Assembly (NCBI GenBank): GCA_051008735.1
Contig: JBPCXH010000146.1
Location: forward strand, 1 to 51,684
Direction of reading: 5' to 3'
Length of the DNA: 51,684 bases
Source: Gammaproteobacteria bacterium
Lineage (GTDB): Bacteria; Pseudomonadota; Gammaproteobacteria; Steroidobacterales; GCA-2729495
Made by a program: the position numbers and the translations under genes. Below are positions 44,442 to 51,684 of this stretch, piece by piece; the first letter of the stretch is position 1, and every line of letters starts with the position of its first letter. The notes beneath the pieces were generated by a model. That model was not told where the DNA came from, did no database searches, and saw only the letters and a list, made by a program, of their open reading frames with translations.

Positions 44442-45800
44442 ATGCGGCAGTGGCGACAACCCACGGCAGCCAGCAAAGGGGCGCAACCGGCATTGCGAAG
44501 CACCTCGCGCCTGCCTGTCCGGGACCCGAGCGCGCGCAACCCCGTGATTGTGATCCCGGGCGTACTGGGCTCAAAGCTGGTCGCTGAGGCAGATTCGCGC
44601 TCCGTGTGGGGCGAATGGCGTACCGGCTTCTCCGACCCGGCTTCCGGTGAGGGCGCCCAGCTGCTCGGCCTGCCAATCGAATACGGCACTCCCCTGGATG
44701 AACTCCGCGGTCAGAGTCGCGTCGACGGCGCACTGGATACAGTGCGTGGCTACATCGCCGGCATGCCAGTCAAAATCACGGCATACGGTGATGTCATGAG
44801 TGCCATGGGCGTAGAGAGCCATGCCGATACCGTCCAGCACGATCGGCAAAAAGCAAACACCTCAGAGGCGGCCGCGTTCGAATTCAGCTACGACTGGCGA
44901 CGCAGCCTGGATGAATGCGCGATGGACTTCGCCGACTTCGTCGCCAGAACTTCGCGCTTTCTGCAGATTCAGCGTCGCAGCAGTGAACCCATTCGATTCG
45001 ATGTAGTTGCACACTCCATGGGCGGTCTGGTCCTGCGTTACTTTCTGCAATACGGCCGGCAGTTGCTGCCGTATGACGACGCGATGCCACGACTCACGTG
45101 GGCCGGGGCGGCGCACATTGAAAAAGCCGTGATCGTCGGGACACCCAATGCCGGTTCGCTGACCATGATCGACAGGCTGGTCCGGGGCATTCCAAAAAAT
45201 GCTCTGCATCCCACCTACGGACCGGTTCTGCTGGGCACCTTTCCATCCGGGTACCAGCTTCTGCCTCGAAATCGACATCAGCCCGGAGCAAGCACATCGC
45301 TTCGACGTGAGGACGATGTCCTGGACCCGGACTTCTGGTTATCGCGAGACTGGGGCATCACGGCGTCATGGCTTAAAGAGGAACGCGCCCGTCAGTTCCC
45401 CGACATCGACAATCAAGCTGACCGCATAGAAGCGGCGGAAGATCATTTGCGCAAATGTCTGTTTAGCGCCCGTCGTTTTCAATCGGCCATGGACCAGCCG
45501 GCGCCCGGAGCCCCGGACCATCTCGAATACCACCTGTTCATGGGCGAGACCCAGAAAACGGCACGCTGCTTTACCGGCGCCCGGGGCGATCGCACAGTCA
45601 GCTGGACAGACTATGGCCCCGGAGACGGCACGGTGCTGACCAGTAGCGCCAGACTGACCGAAAGCGACGGGCGGTCACCCATTCCCTGGCGCAGCGTTAC
45701 CGCGTTGCGCAGTAATCATATGGGTCTGCTCAAAGACCCGGCGTTATTCTCGCGGGTATTACGCCTGCTCGGCGATAAAGCGGCGCCTGAGCCAATCTGA
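44442..45800 (+). CDS. LCAT/PGAP1-like alpha/beta hydrolase (lipase/acyltransferase)
   Basis: AAGGAGG lies upstream. It has IVIPGVLGSKL and the nucleophile elbow VAHSMGG. 452 aa. Confidence 0.75.
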   Translation: MRQWRQPTAASKGAQPALRSTSRLPVRDPSARNPVIVIPGVLGSKLVAEADSRSVWGEWRTGFSDPASGEGAQLLGLPIEYGTPLDELRGQSRVDGALDTVRGYIAGMPVKITAYGDVMSAMGVESHADTVQHDRQKANTSEAAAFEFSYDWRRSLDECAMDFADFVARTSRFLQIQRRSSEPIRFDVVAHSMGGLVLRYFLQYGRQLLPYDDAMPRLTWAGAAHIEKAVIVGTPNAGSLTMIDRLVRGIPKNALHPTYGPVLLGTFPSGYQLLPRNRHQPGASTSLRREDDVLDPDFWLSRDWGITASWLKEERARQFPDIDNQADRIEAAEDHLRKCLFSARRFQSAMDQPAPGAPDHLEYHLFMGETQKTARCFTGARGDRTVSWTDYGPGDGTVLTSSARLTESDGRSPIPWRSVTALRSNHMGLLKDPALFSRVLRLLGDKAAPEPI

Positions 45801-45827
45801 TCCGTCAAACAGCGCAGCAAGCCCGGT

Positions 45828-46199
45828 CTAACGACGCCGGCCGCCGCCGCCACGAGGACGCGGTCTTGAGGGCATGCCCGGTGGCCGACCACCCGGTGGC
45901 CGATAACCGGGCGGACGGCCTCCGCCCGGCGGTCGTGCTATCGGTGGTACCGGTCGACCATTCGGAGGCCGAGAGCCCGGCGGGCGATGACCCGGCGGTC
46001 GATGACCATTACCGGGGCGGTCATTATCGTAATAACAGCAAGGGCGATAGTAGTAAGGATCGTTCCAGCCTCCGCCGTAGTAGCCGGTACTCATGCGATA
46101 GCTGCTGCCACCGCCGCTGTAAGAACCACAACCGGGCAGCCAGCCCAGTAGCGCTGTGAATAAAGTAGCCAGAATCAGTAAGCGCAGGTTTCCCATCAC
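45828..46199 (-). CDS. Lipoprotein with Tyr/Gly-rich and RPPG-repeat low-complexity regions
   Basis: It has the lipobox LGWLPGC, then GYYGGGWNDPYYYRPCCYY, then repeated HRPPG/SRPPN/GRPPG units and an Arg-rich end. The start is GTG 46199 or ATG 46196; both overlap the upstream stop. Confidence 0.65.
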   Translation of the reverse strand: MMGNLRLLILATLFTALLGWLPGCGSYSGGGSSYRMSTGYYGGGWNDPYYYRPCCYYDNDRPGNGHRPPGHRPPGSRPPNGRPVPPIARPPGGGRPPGYRPPGGRPPGMPSRPRPRGGGGRRR

Positions 46200-47113
46200 T
46201 CAACCTCCTGTGCTTCTTCATCGAAGGTCCAGCGCAGCAAACCGATGGGCGCGCCCACCGGGTCGGACACAACAGCCAGATCCCCTTCCACAACCGAATC
46301 ATCCGGCTTGAAAATAGCCTCCCCGCCCAGATCTGTGGCGCGGGCAACCATTGCATTCACATCCGAGACACGAATGTAGCCAATCCAGGTGGGCTGCGAT
46401 TCAGATCCTGTGCTTAGCTGCCGAACGCCGGCGCGCGAGTAATTCTGCCGGGCCAAAAAGATATCCAGAACTTCGCTTTCATTGCCTCCGGCCTCGGGCG
46501 CATGCGTGTCATAGTTGAATAACGAGGCATAGAAGCCCGCGGATTCGCTGGCGTTCCGGGTATACAGATTGAACCAGATCCATTCGCCGGGCTCGGCCCG
46601 GTAATCAGCAGGGTCGCCACTGCTGGAATTCAGCACACCAAAAAGCACACCGTCCGCATCTGCAACAACAGCAAAGGAACCACGCTCGGCATAATCTCGC
46701 CGATCCAGCAGGGTGCTACCGCCCTGCTCATCAAGCATGGCCAGCGTCGCCCCGACATCTTCCACGGAGATGTAGTAAATCCAGCGACCGTAGGCACGAT
46801 TAGCGTCAGTGGCCGCTTTTTCAGCGATACCCGCCATCGGCAGTCCATCAGCGTAGAACATGCCGTATCGTTTACCGGGCTCATTGACGACCCAGCGCCA
46901 CTCCCAGTCAAACAGCTCACCATAAAAGCGTCGGGCGAGATCCAGATCACTGGTGAAGTAATCGGCCCAGATAATTTTTCCCGGAATGTTCTCGCCCGTG
47001 GCCGGATCCGTCAGGGCCGGCAAAAGCGGTAACGAATCCTCAGCCGCATAAGCTGAAGTACCAGCCCCGGCGATACACAGGCACAAAACTGCCAAAAAGC
47101 TTCTCATCAACAT
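46196..47113 (-). CDS. Secreted two-domain VOC (glyoxalase/bleomycin-resistance fold) protein
   Basis: 305 aa with the signal peptide MLMRSFLAVLCLCIAGAGTSAYA. Two repeats carry the FY..LF.W/Y motif typical of VOC modules. Confidence 0.7.
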   Translation of the reverse strand: MLMRSFLAVLCLCIAGAGTSAYAAEDSLPLLPALTDPATGENIPGKIIWADYFTSDLDLARRFYGELFDWEWRWVVNEPGKRYGMFYADGLPMAGIAEKAATDANRAYGRWIYYISVEDVGATLAMLDEQGGSTLLDRRDYAERGSFAVVADADGVLFGVLNSSSGDPADYRAEPGEWIWFNLYTRNASESAGFYASLFNYDTHAPEAGGNESEVLDIFLARQNYSRAGVRQLSTGSESQPTWIGYIRVSDVNAMVARATDLGGEAIFKPDDSVVEGDLAVVSDPVGAPIGLLRWTFDEEAQEVE

Positions 47114-47329
47114 CTGGTCCGCCCAAGATTATTTTCTTGCCTGCATCTTACCGGCTGCAGCGACACCCCACATAGTTTCCCGGATATTCAAGCCCGGCAG
47201 ACGAGCAGAGACCCGGCCGACTGGCTGAAAGCCTTTACCAGCTTGGCATTAAGTACTTCTACCGATTGATGCTGCGGCCCAGTCCCATACCCTGTGAACT
47301 TGATAGTCAGCAATTCGGGAAACCGGCGG

Positions 47330-47710
47330 ATGAACAACAGCACGCCTTACGAAATTATTGGCAGGGATGAGGGCGTTAAAGCCCTTGCTGGCGCTTTCTA
47401 CGAAGCCATGAACGAACTGGAAGAAGCGGAAAGCGTTCGCAATATGCACGCGAAGAACCTGGACCTGATCAAGCAGAAGCTTTTCGAGTACCTGAACGGC
47501 TGGCTGGGTGGACCGCACTTGTACAAGGACAAGTACGGAACCGTTTGCCTCACGGAACCCCATCAGCCCTACCCCATCGGTGCTGAACAGCGCGACCAGT
47601 GGATTGCCTGCTGGAACCGGGCGCTGGAAAAAGTCGATGCACCGGAACAGTTCCGCACCATGACGCAGGAACCCATCGCCCGTATGGCGAACTTCCTGGT
47701 GAACACCTAA
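47330..47710 (+). CDS. Group II truncated haemoglobin
   Basis: MNNSTPYEIIGRDEGVKALAGAFY...NMH...L..YL..WLGGP..Y matches trHbO-type globins. The ORF track starts 12 codons earlier at a GTG. Confidence 0.8.
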   Translation: MNNSTPYEIIGRDEGVKALAGAFYEAMNELEEAESVRNMHAKNLDLIKQKLFEYLNGWLGGPHLYKDKYGTVCLTEPHQPYPIGAEQRDQWIACWNRALEKVDAPEQFRTMTQEPIARMANFLVNT

Positions 47711-48064
47711 GCCAGATGCCACGCCATCGAGCGATTTACGGCCCGCCCCACTTTTTTGCGCAAGCACTTATGTAGCGTTCGAAGTCATCCCCGTATCTTG
47801 GTGCGTCTTACCCCGCAGATACACCTGCTTGACACCCTGCTTGCGAGTGCAGGGCAGGCCGGTACTCAATGCAACCCTCACCTTCCCGGTGGCATTCAAT
47901 TGCGCGCCAGACCGTGTAGCAAGCCGTGCGTACGGACCAGAATCAAAAATCGCCGGACAAGCAACTAAAGGCAAGCTCAAACTCGCGTTCGAATATATAT
48001 CTCTTGCGATAGCCCGGAAATTCATATTCACTTCCGAATCAACAACCAAGAGATTGCACCCACA

Positions 48065-49549
48065 ATGAAACGCCTGCTTATCTGGCTTGTAAAATCGCTA
48101 TCAATCTTATGCCTGCTGGCTTGCGCCCTTTTACTGGCGTGGGCTTTTCAGTCACGGACGATGGCGCCTTTGCAAAGCTGGCATACGGCCACACTGGAAA
48201 GCGAATTCACAGCAGCAGACGCCAGCACCGAAACCACACTGGCTGACTATCTGGCCCGGGAAGACCGATTGTTTGCGGAGCTCCGCGAAGAGGTTTATCA
48301 AACTATCGTTACCACGGGCGCCACTGCTTATAGTCGCTATCGCGCGGATGGCCCGCAGGACCCCGCCCAGGTTAACCAGAACTGGAACCGAAGCTTTGAA
48401 TTAATACCGAAAAATCCCCGCGGCGGCGCTCTGCTTCTGCATGGCCTCACGGACTCGCCCTATAGCGTACGCCGGATAGGCCAGATTCTTTTTGATCAGG
48501 GCTACTATGTACTGGGCTTACGCTTACCCGGTCACGGCACAGCACCCGCCGCACTGACCCGCGTTTACTGGGAGGACTGGGTGGCGGCCAGCCGACTGGG
48601 TGCGCAGCACGTGAAGGCGACTATTGGTCAGGACAAGCCTTTCATCGTGGGCGGCTATTCGAACGGTGGCGGTTTATCGGTTAAATACGCCCTCGATGCA
48701 CTGACAGACCAGGCTCTGCCAACTCCGGACCAGCTACTGCTTTTCTCGCCCGAAATCGGCATAACACCCGCTGCAGTTATTGCCAACGTCCATAAACTAC
48801 TGAGCTTTATTCCCTACTTTGAGCAGTTTAAATGGCTGTCAGTACAACCGGAGTTTGATCCCTTCAAATACAACTCTTTTCCAAAGAATGCGGCCCGGGA
48901 GGCGTGGCAAGTCACCCGCGCTATCAATCAAGAGATACAAGCCAGGTATGAGGATGGCAACCTGGTGAACTTTCCTCCCGTACTGACCTTCCTGTCCTGG
49001 AGCGACTCCACCGTTAGCACGGAGGCGACTATCCGACGCCTTTATGATCGACTCAGTAATGACGGCAATGAACTGGTCGTATTCGACATCAATCGTATTG
49101 ACGAACTGGCCGCTTTCATTCCCGCTACCCAGGAACAGGCGCTGGACGATTGGGCTGCTCGAGATGACTTGCCGTTCCGGCTAACTGTTATCGGCAATAT
49201 CAATCTAAATTCTGACGCCCTGGCACGCCGGACCAAGGCACCCCGTTCAACAGATGTGGATGTGCGGCCACTGAATATGGAGTGGCCGCCCGATATCTAT
49301 TCTTTGGCCCATGTGGCCATTCCCTTTGCGCCGGATGATCCGGTATACGGTATCGAGGTCGCGGCAAATGGTTCCTATCAGGGCCTGCCACTGGGTGCGC
49401 TGCAACCTCGGGGCGAGACCCGGATGCTATCAGCACCAATCGGCCAGCTCATGCGGCTGCGACACAATCCTTTCTTTGACTACATCGAACAACGTCTGGT
49501 AAAGAAAACCGAGAAGCTAGAAAAGCGCAAGTCGACCATATCGCCATGA
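48065..49549 (+). CDS. Membrane-anchored alpha/beta hydrolase (lysophospholipase/S33-like)
   Basis: 494 aa with an N-terminal TM helix, LLLHGLTDSPYS and the nucleophile elbow GGYSNGG. Confidence 0.75.
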   Translation: MKRLLIWLVKSLSILCLLACALLLAWAFQSRTMAPLQSWHTATLESEFTAADASTETTLADYLAREDRLFAELREEVYQTIVTTGATAYSRYRADGPQDPAQVNQNWNRSFELIPKNPRGGALLLHGLTDSPYSVRRIGQILFDQGYYVLGLRLPGHGTAPAALTRVYWEDWVAASRLGAQHVKATIGQDKPFIVGGYSNGGGLSVKYALDALTDQALPTPDQLLLFSPEIGITPAAVIANVHKLLSFIPYFEQFKWLSVQPEFDPFKYNSFPKNAAREAWQVTRAINQEIQARYEDGNLVNFPPVLTFLSWSDSTVSTEATIRRLYDRLSNDGNELVVFDINRIDELAAFIPATQEQALDDWAARDDLPFRLTVIGNINLNSDALARRTKAPRSTDVDVRPLNMEWPPDIYSLAHVAIPFAPDDPVYGIEVAANGSYQGLPLGALQPRGETRMLSAPIGQLMRLRHNPFFDYIEQRLVKKTEKLEKRKSTISP

Positions 49550-50427
49550 GCGAAGAACACCTGCTCCCGGCTGACGATCTGACTGTCGAAGCCACCGGCC
49601 CCGGTCCGTTTATTACCCGGCGAATTTATCGGCTCAAGGACCGGCGCCAACGCATCTGGCAATCCAGAGCACACCGAAAGAAGCTGGCCCGAGCCGGGGC
49701 AATCAAGCTGCTGAGCTTCGGTACGCTGGTTTTTCGCTGCCTTTGGAATCCCCGGCAGCTGAACTGGTGGATTGGCGTGATATTCGTCCTGGGCGCCACA
49801 CTATTCATCCTGGGGAGCCTGCTGTTCCTGATACCGACACTAGCCGCGGACTGGGCTCTGGATACTCATTCGATTAATGCAGTTTTCTTCGCCGGCTCCA
49901 TACCTTTCACGACGGCTGCGTACTTGCAGCTATTTCAGGCGGCCAACGCCGGCGAGTTTTCGGTCGAAGGCACGGACTCGGTCCGTGAAACGATGTTCTT
50001 TGGCTGGCAGCCACTGGACATCGGCTGGTTGAGCTGTGCCCTGCAATTTGCCGGCACACTACTGTTTAATCTGAATACCTTTGACTCGATGCTGCCAGGT
50101 CTGAACTGGCTGCAGGAAGATCTCATTATCTGGGGGCCAAATTTTCTGGGCTCTTTGCTGTTCTTCGCGGCGGGCCATCTGGCCTTCGCCGAGGCCGGCA
50201 ACTCCTTCCTTTCCTGGCACCCAAGCGGAATCTCCTGGTGGGTCACCTTTGCCAATTTACTGGGCTGTCTGGCATTTATGATCTCGGCATTCTTTGCCTT
50301 TGTACCGCCATCACCTTTCGGCTTCGATGCCGCCACGATATCGGTGCTATTTACCGCTGTGGGTGCGGCTGGCTTTCTGTGCGGCTCGCTGCTCATGCTG
50401 CCGGAAACGGCCGCGTCCAATTACTAA
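49546..50427 (+). CDS. Multi-pass membrane protein with repeated G-S/T-L-L-F motifs (possibly YrhK-like)
   Basis: 293 aa with an ATGA overlap with the upstream hydrolase gene. Six hydrophobic segments carry recurring LG..LF..GS.LF patterns. Confidence 0.6.
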   Translation: MSEEHLLPADDLTVEATGPGPFITRRIYRLKDRRQRIWQSRAHRKKLARAGAIKLLSFGTLVFRCLWNPRQLNWWIGVIFVLGATLFILGSLLFLIPTLAADWALDTHSINAVFFAGSIPFTTAAYLQLFQAANAGEFSVEGTDSVRETMFFGWQPLDIGWLSCALQFAGTLLFNLNTFDSMLPGLNWLQEDLIIWGPNFLGSLLFFAAGHLAFAEAGNSFLSWHPSGISWWVTFANLLGCLAFMISAFFAFVPPSPFGFDAATISVLFTAVGAAGFLCGSLLMLPETAASNY

Positions 50428-50516
50428 AGCCGTGGTCGGTCTAAAACAGCAGGGACCAAGCAAAGTACAGCTTCTTTATCGAGTCATTCAATGAGCAAGC
50501 TCACGTTCAGTGCGGC

Positions 50517-50936
50517 TCATGCGTTCTTGAAATAGACCCTCTGAATGACAGCAATGACGATGGCTGTAGTCCAACCAAAAATAATGATGCCGTTGGTAGC
50601 CTCAATAGCGCTCAACAATTGCCATTGATCAGGCAGCACGACGTCGCCATAACCCAGGGTCGTAAATGTCACCATGGAGAAATACAACGCTTTCTCCATA
50701 CCCTGAATTGCACCAAGCGACAGATAAACAAATGCCCAGATCAGCACTTCAATCAACGTAGCAACGAACATCAACAGAATGACTGCCAGGACTTGCAACA
50801 TAGGGAAGGTTTCCAACTCTTCGCGCAGTCTGCTCGTGTGAGACCTGACCATATCTCTGGCGAAAACCATCGCGGAGGCATGAACCGCACTGGTAATACA
50901 CAGCAACAAGACACCTAAAACCAAATTTATGAGCAT
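50517..50936 (-). CDS. Minimal potassium channel (pore-only, Ion_trans_2 type)
   Basis: 139 aa with the selectivity filter TTLGYGD between two hydrophobic helices and an extra N-terminal helix. Confidence 0.8.
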   Translation of the reverse strand: MLINLVLGVLLLCITSAVHASAMVFARDMVRSHTSRLREELETFPMLQVLAVILLMFVATLIEVLIWAFVYLSLGAIQGMEKALYFSMVTFTTLGYGDVVLPDQWQLLSAIEATNGIIIFGWTTAIVIAVIQRVYFKNA

Positions 50937-50967
50937 GGCGACTTACCTCCCAGTAGATTACCCCGCC

Positions 50968-51684
50968 CTATTCGAGTACGCCTCGCCATTGCTTCGTGCG
51001 CTCACGCATTTCGTCTTTCATCGCAGCAGGCAAGAATTCAACCGGATCGCGACCTGCCCGACCGGACCAACCACCGCCCAGGGCCCGGTAAACCTGCACC
51101 AGGTTAGTCGCTACATCACCCTGCGTGCTTGCAAACAAGTCCTGCTGTTGCACATTGGAATTCAGAGTGGTGATCAGGGTATCGAAATCGATAGAGCCTT
51201 CCTGATACTGGATGGTGGCGATATCCACAGCACGCGTGGAAGCTGCCGCTGCCAGTTCGTAATACTCAAGCTGCTCATAAGAACGCAAGTAAGCAACAAT
51301 AGAGTTTTCTACGTCTGCCTGCGCCTGCAGAACGGTGTTCCGATAATCCACGAGCAACTGCTGGAACAACGCGTCCTGCAAACGGATGTTGCTACGTAGG
51401 CGACCGTAGTTGAACAGGTTCCATTGGAAGGAACCGGAAAAATCCCATTCCTTACTGTCACCCTCAAACAGATCACCGGTGTCATCGGACAGGGTGCCAA
51501 TAGAACCACCAATAGACAGGGCCGGGTAAAGATCTGTCGTCGCCACCCCAATAATGGCGCTTTGGGCCGCCAACTGGCGCTCGGCAACCCGCACATCGGG
51601 CCGGCGGCGGATGAGGTCCTGGGGCATACCCAAGGCGACCTCCGGCGGAGTTTTCGGTATACCCGGCTGGGCTCCCAGCAGGTA
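50968..51684 (-). CDS. Efflux transporter outer-membrane factor (NodT/OprM family), C-terminal part; 5' end beyond the window
   Basis: The reading frame stays open from 51633 to the window end (hand translation YLLGAQPGIPKTPPEVALGMPQDLIRRRPDVRVAERQLAA...). The motif is typical of the second repeat of OMF proteins. Confidence 0.85.
   Translation of the reverse strand, partial: YLLGAQPGIPKTPPEVALGMPQDLIRRRPDVRVAERQLAAQSAIIGVATTDLYPALSIGGSIGTLSDDTGDLFEGDSKEWDFSGSFQWNLFNYGRLRSNIRLQDALFQQLLVDYRNTVLQAQADVENSIVAYLRSYEQLEYYELAAAASTRAVDIATIQYQEGSIDFDTLITTLNSNVQQQDLFASTQGDVATNLVQVYRALGGGWSGRAGRDPVEFLPAAMKDEMRERTKQWRGVLE

Noticed and set aside
44365-44733. 123-codon N-terminal extension of the PP2C sensor phosphatase ORF (788-aa version).
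   Set aside because: The extension is Arg/Pro-rich nonsense and overlaps the divergent lipase gene, which has a strong AAGGAGG site. The internal ATG at 44364 gives a normal short cytoplasmic N-terminus followed by TM1.
47768-48049. 93-aa TTG-initiated minus-strand ORF in the globin-hydrolase gap as a real gene.
   Set aside because: It has no family resemblance, weak start context and atypical third-position composition by eye. I kept it only as a note within a finding.
1-51684. Mobile elements, prophage, defence islands, CRISPR arrays, and tRNA/rRNA genes.
   Set aside because: I saw no integrase, transposase, recombinase or phage-structural signatures in any translated ORF. I saw no spaced direct-repeat array other than the 37-bp tandem repeat, and no T-loop-like GGTTCGAATCC strings in intergenic DNA.

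Overview
This is a GC-rich proteobacterial chromosomal segment, probably from a marine gammaproteobacterium (an inference from protein similarities such as the close YqjG and Uup matches). It holds about 50 densely packed protein-coding genes. By eye I found no rRNA, tRNA, CRISPR array, transposase, integrase or phage genes. Most genes encode redox or detoxification enzymes, hydrolases, orphan solute-binding proteins and signalling proteins.

The most system-like content is:
1. A stressosome-type RsbR/RsbS/RsbT/RsbX module (36.6-41.6 kb). It is wired to a hybrid histidine kinase with two receiver domains instead of a sigma-B cascade. Its sensor is a divergently transcribed tandem-PAS-STAS protein, and a Cache/HAMP-PP2C phosphatase lies nearby.
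2. A 757-aa tri-domain fusion (23968-26241): Rieske non-heme oxygenase + PCP_red-like domain + SDR. An unfused Rieske paralog sits 3.4 kb away, and no reductase gene is adjacent to either.
3. A five-gene operon (1648-5857). It is led by a CarH/AerR-like B12-binding-domain protein with no DNA-binding domain, followed by DUF427, pirin, YqjG and dienelactone hydrolase.
4. Three NAD(P)-type oxidoreductases that carry export signals, two of them Tat.
5. A cluster of solute-binding protein, cysteine hydrolase, two deacetylases and a cytochrome c (31.2-35.9 kb).

Smaller oddities:
- a 37-bp tandem repeat at 1501-1605
- a small basic repeat protein flanked by unusually long non-coding DNA with repeated motifs
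- a Pro/Gly-rich lipoprotein translationally coupled to a secreted VOC enzyme

All calls rest on the supplied ORF translations, my own hand translation and remembered family motifs. No database search was run. The two genes cut by the window edges were translated by hand because the ORF track omits them.
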